From the human T2T-CHM13v2.0 reference genome, Homo sapiens: a DNA stretch of 64,000 nucleotides. Below the pieces are notes generated by a model that had not been told where the DNA came from, ran no database searches, and saw only the letters and a list, made by a program, of their open reading frames with translations. Positions 50,901 to 64,000 of this stretch are shown here, piece by piece. The stretch lies in NCBI RefSeq assembly GCF_009914755.1, contig NC_060942.1; one strand, given 5' to 3'. Both the position numbers and the translations under genes were made by a program. Every line of letters starts with the position of its first letter. Positions within the stretch are counted from its first letter, which is position 1.

Positions 50901-51283
50901 CCTGTGTTATTGTTGCTTTGATATGCTTGCTTGGAATCTGCCTCTATCTTTACATCCTCTGTTGCTCATCCTTTATTCCACTCTCCTATCATCTTTTACC
51001 ATACTGTTCCCTCACCGCAGTCACAGCCATGCTCCCATGTTCCTGCTCATATATTTCTCTGAATTGATTATTCAGATTTTTTGATGAATGTGACTGTTAT
51101 CTCCGTTATAGCATATTCCCTCTATGCACCACTAGAATGTAAATTTCTTCTGGAAAGTTGATCCTTCCCCCCCCCCCCACCCATATCTTTAGAATCTCCC
51201 ATAGGGTGAAACAGAGTGTAGAATCCAGTGTAAGGTGTGGATAATGCTATTGATGTCAGGTGGAGGAGTAATGAATTTCATTC

Positions 51284-51692
51284 TGTTGCAGGGACTGACT
51301 GGATGCTCAGCAATCCTTTTCCTTCTTCCTGGAAAAAATATAAAACTCTATTTCATGGTATCACGTGTACTTACTTTAGCACCTTGTGACTAGTTCTAGC
51401 AAATGGCAGAAGGAATGGACATCATTTCCCATTGTGGTCATAAAACATGCTGCTTGATCTCCCCACTCTATTTGGTTTCTCTTTCCTCCATCAGTACTAC
51501 CGGAAGCATGGGTCTTTGAGATGGTAGAACCTCATGCTGGTTCTCTGAGTCAGTATCTGGGGGTAGTGGGACCACTCAGAGAGGCCCTCCAAATTGCATC
51601 TACCTGTGAAGCAAATGAGAAGTGAACTTTTAGTGTGTTAAGTTTGAGTTGGTTTGTTATTGTCCTAAAGCCTAGCCCTGCCACACTAATAC
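51284..51692 (+). mobile_element. Old MaLR LTR (MLT1J-like)
   Basis: TGTTGCAG start, TGTGACTAGTTCTAGCAAATGG, TTGAGATGGTAGAACCTCA, AACTTTTAGTGTGTTAAG..TTTGTTATTG..CTAATACA end. Confidence 0.65.
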
Positions 51693-52573
51693 AGATGATA
51701 AACTGTATAATTAATTGAGAAAAATCCCTAGACAAGAGACATGTCTATGTACACCTCAACAGATAGGTGTGTGGCTGTGTGTATGTGTGTGTCCATTTGT
51801 GTAAGTGTGTGTGTTGTTCACCACTGACCAACTCTCTGTCTCCTTCCTACAGCCTCAGTACCTTCATCTCTAAGATAATGGTGTATATTAGAAGTTCCAT
51901 TAGCTTGAAATTATCCAAAACAGTCTTGCATTTCTTTAGGTCTCAACATTTCTGAAGTCTTTTAAACCCAAGAACAAAGCTTGGGGCTTGGGTAGACTCT
52001 GATTTTAAGTTCATCCAAACCATCTCTTTGTTGCCTTTGCCCCCTTTAAGAAAATTCCAGATGAAAGCATAAATCTGACACATGAACTGATTTGCTGCAC
52101 AGCAAGATAATTCTTTTAAGTAGTTTCTATTATAGGAAAATTAATTTCAAGGCACTTCATACAGTTCTAGTAAAATCCTTCCGCTCCATGGGGGTCCATG
52201 AGCAACATTAACTGTGCAGCATTTGCTGGGTATGCCTCGTTATGACTTGGTGCAGTGAAGGATGTTTTTAAATTTTTTTTTAAGATGGGCATTTTGAAAA
52301 TGCATTTTTTTATCTCTGCATGAACATTTAAAGAAAACTGGAATTTGAGATATTTTTATAATGAACAAAATATTTTTCTCCTGCCTCCTATAAGGGGACA
52401 GAACTTGTTTCTCCTGGTAAAACTTTGCAGTTTATTTATTTTTATTTAGATATTTGTGTGTGTGTGTGTGTGGCCCACTATTGATTCATTTGAAGACTTT
52501 ATCGAAAACAAATATAAAATACCCTCTGCCAATAAGTATAGTTTAACATTTGAATGATTAACAACAAATGAGA

Positions 52574-52895
52574 GGCTGGGCATGTGGCTCATGCCTGTAA
52601 TCCCAGAACTTTGGGAGGCTGAGGCAGGTGGACCACCTGAGGTCAAGAGTTCAAGACCAGCCTGGCCAACATGGTGAAACCCTGTCTCCACTAAAATTAC
52701 AAAAATATTAGCTAGGTGTGGTGGCAGGCGCCTGTATTCCCAGCTACTCATGGGACTGAGGCAAAAGAGTCGCTTGAACCAGGTCAACGGAGGTTGCAGT
52801 GAGCCAAGATGGCACCACTTCACTCCAGCCTGGGCAACAGAGTGAGTGAGACTCTGTCTGAAAGAAAAAGAAAAATAATAATAATTAAAAAAAAC
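52574..52895 (+). mobile_element. Alu (AluSx/Sz-like)
   Basis: GGCTGGGCATGTGGCTCATGCCTGTAATCCCAG..CACCTGAGGTCAAGAGTTCAAGACCAGCCTGGCCAACATGG; mixed A-tail; degenerate TSD ending GAGA. Confidence 0.95.
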
Positions 52896-52939
52896 AACCA
52901 CAAGGAGAGACCATCAACCAGCTTTCACTTATTCAGCTT

Positions 52940-53036
52940 CTTTCATACTGTCACAGGTGTTCTCAAGAGAACTACCTAAATTGTGCACGAGTTTCCATCT
53001 CAGAGCCTGTTTCCTGGAGAACCGAACTTAAGACCT
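52940..53036 (+). mobile_element. ERVL LTR 3' end remnant (LTR16/LTR40-like)
   Basis: TCCATCTCAGAGCCTGTTTCCTGGAGAACCGAACTTAAGAC resembles ERVL LTR termini. Confidence 0.45.
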
Positions 53037-53614
53037 GTGGTAGGCAAAAGCTTTTTATGGACTGTCTCCATTTTATCTACTCTCTGCTCCAGCAAACTTC
53101 TTAACTCACTCTCCTCCAATATCATTGGCTCCTCCTCCCTCTCTCTTTCTTGCTCTACTCAAAATATTCCCTCTGCTAAAAAAACTTTTCTCTGACTTTT
53201 CCTCTAGCTCAGAGAAACTCTGTATCCAGATTTCAAGAATTAATTTCTACTCCATATTTTATGTCTCCTCTCCAGAGTAACTTCTTATTATCTCAACTTT
53301 CTTTTCTCTGAATCATGGTAGAACTGGTATTGGAATTATTTCATTTTATTTTAAGCTGCTTTGTAGTATTAGACTTGGGGCAGAGATCCTGATTTTTTCT
53401 TATGTTTCTCCTCCACAACAAATTTTATAGTGCCAAGATCATAGTGATCTTTCAGGTGGTTTTGCTGGTCTGTTTTCATAGGGCTTATTAAACTCTGCTA
53501 TCACTCGTGAATGTTGTGTTGTGTTCTCATTACGTGATCAGAGTCAGATGTAGTTTTCAGAGAGAAGTAATTATAAAGGGTATATGTGAACTAAAGATAC
53601 GCTTCCATATTGTG

Positions 53615-54068
<454 letters not shown>

Positions 54069-55784
54069 TAATCTCCTGGTGAAGTGATATAATTACAGGT
54101 TGTCCTCTGAAGGCCATGGTGGCTAGCAGTTGTGAGATACTGCACCTTCAGATTTCCTTAACATTAAATCCAGACCCCTAAGGGGTACATTCATTTCACT
54201 TCTTTTTAAAACCTGAAATAATTAATATTTGATCAAAAATTTAGCATTTAAAAAGTATGTTCACGACCTTCTTTTTATTTGATTTAGTTTGGCAGAAACC
54301 ATGTCCATGACAGACCAAAGTAAGGAAAGGGAGCACATTGCTATTGGAAGAACTCCTAATGCTTCAAATATACCCCATTTACCATTCCATTTGGAACCTA
54401 GAAAGCATTGAATAGTTTGCGCCAATGGCTGCTCTTTTCTCTATGGCCAAGGATGGCCAAGTTTTTGTCACCTAACCCAGAATTTTTTACTTCGAGAATC
54501 TCTCTCCCTTTGTCCAGTGGCAAAGAAGATACTCAGAATCCTCATTAGATATAATGAGTAATTGTTCCCTCTGAAAGAAATATCTCTAACTCAGGTTCTT
54601 CTGAGCTGGGAAACATTTTAAATATAGCATTGGCTACTGCAGGTTCATGATAATGTTTACAAAAGCAATCAATATGTTAATAGAATTGTTTGATTAATAT
54701 AAGAAGTTGAGAATTTAGTTTTTACCAACCTTCAACATAACTGGAGACATTTATAAACAGATTTTCTTTGTTTCTGCTCGAAGTGGAACTAGTAATAATA
54801 ACATGGAGATAAAACTTTATTTGCTCTATAGCAGATCCAGAGCAGCCTCAGGTTGTCTCTTTTAAAGGGCTTGAGTCCAGATCAGTTCATTGAGGCAAAC
54901 ACTATTTCTATGCATCAACCGATTGTGTGCTGTTTATTTCATTGGTAGTTCACTTGACTGGGCTTCTGATTTTTCTGTTAATTAAAGATCTTGGTTTAGA
55001 CTGCTTCTAAAAGTCTTCTTGGTTCAAAGTTTCATTTTTCTACATTTGAGAACTCAAAAAGAAAAATCATGTGACCCAAAGGATTGTGGGTATTAATGTC
55101 TTAATCTCTACTGATATATTATCCCCAGCCCATTCTCACACTGTCTCTTCCTTCCCACGTAATTGAGTCAGACAAAAAGGAACATCTCCTCCTGTTTGTA
55201 GAATTGATTTCTGATTAGGTTTTTCACTTGGTTCTACCACCTGCAAATGTAGGTCTCCCAGGCCTGTGTTATGTGTTGAATGAAGATAATCTGATACTCT
55301 TTGCAGATCTCCAAGGAATAGGTCATGCTTTTAAGACCCTTCTTTCTGCCTCTACCTATCCATACTTCCTAGGAAAAAGAAAATAAAGCTTTTAAAGGAT
55401 TAACTTACATAAACAGCAGGGCCCCTTGCTAGGAAAGCAGGGAGACTTCCAAATCATGCAACTTGACCCAGAAATAATAAAACACTGAAAAGACAAATGG
55501 AAACTTCTTTCAATTCCAGTTGATTCTTGTGTCAATTTTTCCCTTGCATTTTCCCACTTGCTGTAGGCTACAGATTAAAAGGCAATTGTACATTTTTTTA
55601 AATTGCAGTTTATTATTTGTATCTCATATAACCTCACGGGATATATTTTTGTTTTATATTGTTTTTTCTTAAGTTTGAAATGAAGAAAACTACAATAAAA
55701 ATTAGAATCCTCCTAATTTTTATTTTTATCACCCAAGGTTCAATTTCAGGTCATGGATACTACTATGGAAGAAATCATGATTAA

Positions 55785-55945
55785 AGCAAAGAGCAATGGA
55801 CTAGGAGTCAAAAAATAAGAAATCTAGCTGTAGGGGTCATTAACCAAGTATGGTTAGAGTAAAGAATCCCATGTTCCTATTCAACCTTAGTTTCCCTAAC
55901 TGTTCAAAGAAGAATTTTAGACACAGAGATCATTCCAGCTTCTAC
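55785..55945 (+). mobile_element. MIR3/MIR remnant
   Basis: AAAGAGCAATGGACTAGGAGTCA..CCTTAGTTTCCCTAACTG..CATTCCAGCTTCT. Confidence 0.55.
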
Positions 55946-57099
55946 TATGCCACAATTATCATCTCACCCCAGCCCTGCATAGACACACAGTGAGTGACCA
56001 GCAGCATTGCTGAGTTAGTGGTACTTGACTTTGATGCTCTCGGCCTCTGGATTCTAGTTGCTCTCCTTCCTCAGTCATGTACCTTTTCCCGCACCTGGAG
56101 CACAGGGCTTAGAACCAACTTCTGGATCTATAAAGGTATGTGACCGACATTCAGTCTTTCACACATGAGTATGAATCTTGGGCACCATGCTTTTTTCCCT
56201 CTATTTGTTAGCGTTTTTACTCTCTCAGTGTTATAAGACAGAAGCAGGTACATTTCTTACAGCAGTTTTAGGTATAAGGAGGCTGGTAGGGCCACTTGTA
56301 TGAGGGCGTCTTTATGTGCTTTGGTGTGGGTCCTTCTCTCTGGGCCTTTGACAAAACTCCATTCTTACATGCCTGCAACAGGTGCCTCTGATATCAGTTT
56401 AATTACACTAATAGCCCTGAACTTACACTTAAATATTGTTCTTAAAATTCTTCAGGTTAGCACTTGTGTGTATCAAAACAACAGGGGAGGCTCTCCAGAA
56501 GTGACATTTGGACTGGCTCCTGGAATAGCAGGATTTTGCCAGGTAAACAGGTTGGGAAAAGCCTTCACCAGTTATAGACATTTCTCTCCTCTCTCCTATT
56601 CTCCATGCTTCCGCTGACATTAGATGACTTTTATCCCACGTTAAATTAGATGTGGGATTTGAGGGAGCCGAGGTGATGCAGGGCTATGTTGCCACATTCT
56701 CTACAACATGGGGTGGCCCTGAACAGCACTGTGCAGGAGGAGTTGTCCTTTCCACTTCAGCCTTGCTTTCCAATGTTCCACTCTCATTTTTGACATTTAT
56801 AAACCTGTCACACCCCCACTCTCAATCAGGTTGTTCCTAGTCACTCAGGATCCTTCTCTCTGACAATTCCTCATATCCTGGACTTCTCTCTTCACTTTCC
56901 TGAACATCTGAAATAGCTCCACAGCTCTCTGACGTATGTAGAAATATGTATTTGCATGACTCACTTACACCATAATGGCAGCAGCTAAATGGATTCTTCT
57001 GTGAAAATTTCCTTTCTCTTTCTCTCTTCATTTTTCCCCTTTCATATTTTTAATTTTTTCCCCTTTCTTTGGTTCCTCTTTTCTGTGAACATATATTGG

Positions 57100-57490
57100 C
57101 CATCTACTTTGAGTAAGGTGCTATATGGGACTAGTCACTATGGCGGCACAATGAGAAGATCCTGAGCTTCACCCTTGAGAAATTGGCAATCTCATGAAGA
57201 GGGAGAGGTGGTATATGGCATTTGACTGCATGATGGTCCATGGGATGAGTGCTGCAGTGGAAGCTGGAAAGGGCAGATGTGAAGTTACATGGGAAGTCAG
57301 GGGAGGCTCTCCATAAGTGACATTAGGACTCGCTTCTGGACTAGCAAGATTTTGCTAGGTAAACAGATTGGGAAAAGAATCCCCAAAAGAGGAAATTTCA
57401 CGTCCAAAGGCAGAGAAGCAAGAGGGAAAATACTATGATCTGGGAGAAGAGAAAATTCAGAATTGCTGGAACAGAACAATAAAAGGTATG
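57100..57490 (-). mobile_element. L2 remnant
   Basis: CATCTACTTTGAGTAAGG..CACCCTTGAGAAATTGGCAATCT..AGTCAGGGGAGGCTCTCC. Confidence 0.45.
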
Positions 57491-60240
57491 AATACAGAAA
57501 CTAGAACTGGAGAAGTGTACTTGAAACAAATATTTTTCTTTCAGCAGGAACTTCCATGAGTCTCACAAGGAGATAAGTAGAAAACGCTCGTAGCAGAATA
57601 TTCATGTCAGGGCCCCCAGTGTTCTTATTTTCGCCTTGTACCAATGACTGCCCATGATGTCCAAACAAAATTCCAAGTTTCATGCAAGAAACTTCTTGCT
57701 CATTATCTTTGAGATAACATTCTAGTCTCCACTTAATACAAACTGGACCTAGACTGTCCACTATATGCCAATTCATTTCTCTTTTCAGAAGTACAGAGTG
57801 TCAATGTGTATGTGTATGTGTGTGTGTATGAGATATGTCATTCTCACAAAAAAGTTTACATAATGATATGCGTGTTTCAAAAAATAATACAATAGATATC
57901 CATGTGACTAGTACTGCTGTGGTTTACCACAATATTATTAGTGTTTATGGAAGGTTATTTTTGAAACCAGTCTTTCTCAAAGAGGTCATTGCTGGGAACA
58001 GAGATCTAGATGAGAAAAAGTGACGTTGCTGACCCTCTGTGCATCCACAGAGTATCCCATCAGGACCCACAAGCAGAGACTCAGCAGCATCATTTATCCA
58101 TTCCACCAATATGCATTCATTAAACAGGTGTTAAACGCTTGGTAGCATGTCCAGTGTTGGGCTCTCCAGGGTGGCTAGGACATTCAGAAGCTGAAACTAG
58201 TGGCATTCGTGGGTAGAATTGATGTAGCAATGTACTATAGCAGAAACCATTCAAGTATTTTGTTTTCTCCAAGATTTTTTATTATCCTCAGTTAAATAAT
58301 ATTCTTTTAGGGTTGAGTATGCACAAGGAATGTAAACATACATTTTTAAAATAATACAATTTCACCTTATTCTTCTACTTACCAAAATGCTTGAACAAGT
58401 TTAAAAAATTGTTTTATAGTGTGAGTTTGGTCAAGGGGTAAAATAATTGGGTGCATAGAATAGTTCTGCTATGAAAAAATTTAACCTCCTTTGTCCTCAA
58501 TAACAAAATTGAAGCCACAAGCAGAGATCCTACAAAACTGACTTTGCTTTAGTAACAACTAGAATATATTCATCACATTATTAAACATTCTCTTCATAAG
58601 AACATAGTACCACAGAAACACTAGGGGAAAAATGTTGAAACAGTATTTAGCAGTGGGATCATTTCATTAGGAGAAAATGTAAATGAAGCTGAAGTTTTAA
58701 GGCAGATATGCTCAAGCCTGCCCCATTTGAAGTGGAAAGATGAATTGGGAACTTCAGTAGGTCATCCAACATTCCAGCCTCCAGTAACCAAGGCAGTATC
58801 TCAGAGAAACTTCTATATCTCTCCTGATTCTGTGATAAAAGGACCATGTTAGACCACTCACCATCTTGTGTTCAGCTGAAACTGTAGACAGATCTTGAAT
58901 CTATTTAACCAAAATTAGCCTCTCTAACTTCTTATTGTTTTTTTAAAGCCAGAACTATCTTTGTCATATGATATCTTCTTTCAGGGTTAATTGAACCCTC
59001 TTAATGACTTTCTAATGAGAGGAACAGATTTAGGGACTGGACACCAGTTTTTAAGACATAGTATTTGGGAGAGGTGTTGTCTAGTACTACAAAATTAGAG
59101 CATATGAGTAACTACCTCTTCTACCTTCACATAACACTAACTGGAGAGTAGAAAACAAGATAATAAAATGAGAAACAAAAGAGGATTTACAGATAAAGTT
59201 AAGTGAGAGTGGTTAGTGGATAAAAGGAAAATAAAATTGAAGTTTAAGATTGGCAGTCCCATCCTTCAGTTTTTCTCTACCACCTGGACACAGAGGTTTC
59301 CTCATTAATTTGTTTCCAGTCTGGTTGCCTACCCCAAGGGGGTTGGAGCAAAGCAGCTTCTGATGAGATGGAGGTGAGAGACTATTTCCCAGATCCAACT
59401 CACTGAGACATGAACGAGACATTCAGTTCCCCAGCCACCAGCTTCTGAATCCAATAGCACACGGTGCATAAAGAAGAGAGAACCTTTCCCTTAATTACTC
59501 TTTATCCAACTGCAGCCTGGTTTATTGGCATGTCTATCAGGGCTGATTTGGTAACCTGTCTTCCTTCCCAGACCTGTGAGTTGACAACATCAGACCTCAC
59601 AGTGTGCCTTACAGGAGCCAGATGTGGCAGCAATTATATTAATGAAAAAAGTTCAAGTATGACTCCAAGACAGGCTCTCAGTTAACAGAATGGGAGAATA
59701 CGCAATGTTCTCCCCCAATTGGAGGAGGTGACATTTAGATAACAGTATGTAAAGGGTGTTGTTCACATCTCATTTGTTAATTACCTCATAAAGTCAAGGG
59801 AGCACAAGAATGTGGGTAGATAGGTACAGAACCTTCATAACCACCTGAAAGAAATCTTTAAAAAGTTTATGTTCTTGCTAAATGGCTTCCTCATTTTTAG
59901 ATATGAAAAGCATGGTATAATGAGTCTTTCTGTGAAAAGGTATGTGTGGGAATCTTGAAATGGTGTTCATACCTCACATTTCTTTGTAGACATCCACTGT
60001 GCTTCTCATGTTAGCGTGTTATAACAGAATTTGCAATGCTGGGGGCAGTGATGGAAATAGGGCAAGGCTCAGCATATAACTGTCAATCCTGGGAGAGCCA
60101 ACAGTATGGAACTCAGTGTAAGAACAGAGGTGTGTAACCTGGGCAGTCAACTTGTACATAAAATGTTAACCAGTCCTCAGAGTAGGCTGACCATGAAACA
60201 GAATTTTGCTACTATGGCCCTTTTACAATGGCATATGTGA

Positions 60241-60602
60241 TGTTTTAGTTCATTTTTTAATGTTATAACAGAATACAACAGATTGGGTAACTTATAATAA
60301 AAAAAATGTATTTGGCTTAAGTTCTGAAAGCTGGGAAGTCCAAGGTAAGGGCCTTCTTGGTGTGTCAATCCATGGTGGAAGGTAGAAAGACAAAAGAAGA
60401 TAAGAGGAAGAGGGCAAGAAGGGGCCGAACTCATCCTTTTATTAAAAACCCACTCCCACAATAAAAATGGCATTGTCTATCTATTTAAGGCAATGTCCCC
60501 ATGACCCAAGCATCTCCCTTTAGGCCACACCTCTCAGCACTGTTGCATTGAGAATCAAGTTCCCAATACATGAACTTTAGAAGACACATTGAAACCATAG
60601 CA
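60241..60602 (-). mobile_element. MaLR solo LTR (MST-type)
   Basis: TGTTTTAGTTCATTTT..ATAACAGAATACAACAGATTGGGTAACTTATAA..GCTGGGAAGTCCAAG..CACTGTTGCATTG..CATGAACTTT..AAACCATAGCA. Confidence 0.88.
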
Positions 60603-61519
60603 AAAGCTTAACACAGATACAGCCATAGAACAATTTACTTCAGTATCCAGAAACAACAATAAAAAAAGTCTATAAACCAAAGAAATTTTCCCATAAGAGA
60701 ATACCTTATATAGATTTTTCTGACCCTAAATGTGGAGTACTGCCCATGCCTAAATCCTCATGAGAATGACTGAGGGAGAGGTAATGTTAGCTACAAACAT
60801 CTTTGTCTTCAACGATCAGCTTCCCTTAGAACTAGATTGCTGTTATTAATGACAGTGATTTTCGTTTACAGCACAATGTTGGACTATAATTATTTCCTGA
60901 TATGAATTGCTTACCCACTTCTTCTCCCCAATTAGGTGACCTGTTGTCTTCTACATTTGTTGTTGTTGTTGCTTCAATATTCTGAACAAATAGCTTGCTT
61001 GTGAATAGAACTGTTCAGCAGTTCTGATAGATTTTTTTTCTTTCTCTTATACATTGCTCAATAAAATTCAAGAACATTAAAAGGGCATCAGAGGTCATTA
61101 AGTGTATTATTTTCTCAAAATATAGTTGATTGCCTCATGGTTCAGATTAAGATAAAAGCTCTTGTACTAGTTTAACAAACAGCAAACTTGATTGCTTGCT
61201 GTTTTGAAAGACTGGCTGACTGTATGCTCGGAGGCTCAGTATGTCAAACATGGAATTGGTTGGTGGGAAGAGAGTGAGGGTAAACACTCCACAATCTCCC
61301 TAAGACATTATTGACCCATTTCTCAAAGTTAGAAAAAATATGTTTTCATAGTGCCCTTCACTAGCTTCTATATGCATGCCCCTGGAGAACATGGGTATAG
61401 GAAGAAATGCTAAAAAAAAAAAAAGCTCACAAATGCCCATGTCTCATCAACCAAGCTATAAAGCAGTAATTAAAAAGTCTTCAGCAACACTCTTCCTATA
61501 TGCTTCATTTTTTGCCAGT

Positions 61520-61790
61520 TACTGTGGAAATTATTGAAGAAAAACACAAGATTCTGTCCCAAGAAGAGCTAGCACAGTATATGACAGGGTGCTATACAAT
61601 GATGTAAGATTCGCAAGTTAGCACAAGACTAAGTGTTTCAGACTAAAATGCTAAGGTAATTTGGAAGAAAACAGGCAACAATAAGGAAGGCTTCCTGGAA
61701 GACAGGGCCCATGAAGGATGGGTGGAATTTATTTACACAATAAGGAAAGAAAGGGCACCTCAGTCTGATAGGAAAGCGTGAGTGAACTGG
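61520..61790 (-). mobile_element. L2 remnant
   Basis: AAGGAAGGCTTCCTGGAAGA..TGAAGGATGGGTGGAATTT. Confidence 0.5.
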
Positions 61791-63105
61791 TACTACCTAC
61801 GTCTGACTGATGGCATTCCCATAGTTAAATCATATCTCCATTACTTTTTCCTTGTTCTTACTTCGAGTCTTCCTTGTGCTGGGTGAGTGAATAGGTTTCT
61901 ATTTGCTGAATTCATTCTATGTAATAATAAAATAATCTTGATCAATGTGAATTTTAAAAAAAGAAATTGATTTTAGCTTCAGAAATCTTGATTAATTGAG
62001 ACCACTTACAACTGCCTGGCAGGCTGAGATTTTAAAAAAAACCCTTAGACAAAAATGTGCAGGGCATTGGAAGGTGATGTTGCCTCATTCCTTCATCTCA
62101 GGGCATAATCTTTCTCCTTGACCCACCCACCCAGTTTTACCACCTGTCAAAATCAATTAATGCTTCCTTGAATTCTGTACTAACACAGAAGGAGAAAATT
62201 AAAACTCAAAGGACAGGACATGATTCAGGGTACCATTGAAACTCTGAGTCCAAGATCAAATCAACACATTATAAAAACAAATAATAAACAAACAAAGAGA
62301 AACCATAGAGTAGGCTGTGAAGTTAGGATCTTCCTCACTATTGTTGCCTCAGTGTTTGGTCATAGTTACAGGTAGAAATGGAACCCATGGAAATGGAAAG
62401 AGAATGGAGCATGGCTTTGGGTCTGACAAATTATACTGCATACAAACCCTCACACACTTGGTACTATTAATTTGTGCATATGTGCTGATATTCATTTAAG
62501 AAAATATTGTTGAATATTTATGCATCATAATGTGCTACACATATGTGGAATATAATAATAATATATATAATAATATAATAAATCTGACAGAGTTGTAAGG
62601 AGGATGAAAGAGCAATGCATTGTTTAAGTTTCATGAAAGTAGTAGGTATAGGACACAGAGATCATAGAAGAAGAGATGCGTTCTGTTATGGCTCACAGGG
62701 AGTTAAAGTCACAGTATAAATCATGAAAACTTCAGGGCGGTCAAATGAGTAGTATCATTAGAAAAGGAAGCAAGTCAGACAAAAATCCTGCAGAATACAT
62801 CTAACATAAAGATGTATTGTAAATAGACACAAAGAAGCCTGAAACAGACAGATATATTGGAAAAATTCAAGTGCTTAGGATAAGTGAAATCTGTGATCAG
62901 CTCAAATCTGCAAAATCAAGTAGAGGTAGTTTATTAAAGGCAGCTAATATTACACTAAGAAAGCCAATTCTTTTCAAACCATTTCATATAGTGGATTTTT
63001 TTTTTTTTTGTCAAGGACAATTATTTGATGAGTTCTAGTGAATAAAAAAGATAATAACAAACATAATGAGGCTTAGGATGGAGGAATATTTAAAACGGAA
63101 AACCC

Positions 63106-63536
<431 letters not shown>

Positions 63537-63651
63537 TTATGTGTCTATTTTTATGTCTATTTATTCATCTTGTTTGTTACTATCATGTTCTTTAAAAAAT
63601 CTTTATATTTTTAAGCCATAATAATTTTCTCAATAATAATACTTTACCTCA

Positions 63652-64000
63652 GGGACTTCTGCTTCTGTGCAGATGGAGTAACAGGGGCTGGACTTAACCT
63701 AATACATGAAATAACCAAACAAATGTAGAAAATGGACTAGATATGTGCAAAAATTTGTTTTCAAGTCACTGGACATAAGGCAATGAAATATAATGATCCC
63801 TGAGTGATTGAAAATAAAGGAAGTACGACTATGCTTACCCAAACTTATTGCCTAGAGAGTATTTTTAGAGGATGACATCAGGGAGAGGGAGATGAAGCAG
63901 AAAGCAGATAAATTCCTGAGTTGTACACACAGAGTTGAGAATCTTGAGAGGCCAAGGGAGCTAGAGCTCATAGGAGAGAACTCTGAAAAGGACAGAGGTA
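63652..64000 (+). mobile_element. Old L1M (L1M4-like) 5' end; continues beyond the right edge
   Basis: GGACTTCTGCTTCTG..AGATGGAGTAACAGGG.CTGGA..GTTTTCAAG.CACTGGACAT..TGATCCCTGAG resembles the L1M 5' end. Confidence 0.6.

Overview
Mammalian (primate, most likely human or ape) non-coding DNA, AT-rich and dense in repeats. It carries AluS/AluY elements, L1PB- and L1M-type LINEs, L2/MIR remnants, MaLR LTRs (THE1, MST, MLT1), an LTR33-like LTR, hAT MITEs (MER5, MER30, MER33) and microsatellites. I can support no protein-coding gene, RNA gene or CRISPR array; the listed ORFs are transposon remnants or chance ORFs, so this looks like an intergenic region or a large intron, possibly with lncRNA exons. 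The most notable structure is at 39.2-42.2 kb. There a complete ERV9/LTR12 solo LTR (- strand, TTTG target-site duplication, 8 CCAAT boxes, intact GATA/TATA-like core) lies head-to-head with an LTR10-like solo LTR (+ strand). The latter has three tandem p53-type half-sites and seems to have lost its own core promoter. Repeat subfamily names come from my recall of consensus sequences, not from a search, and need Dfam/RepeatMasker confirmation. I found nothing that demonstrates a new biological system; the findings are testable hypotheses.
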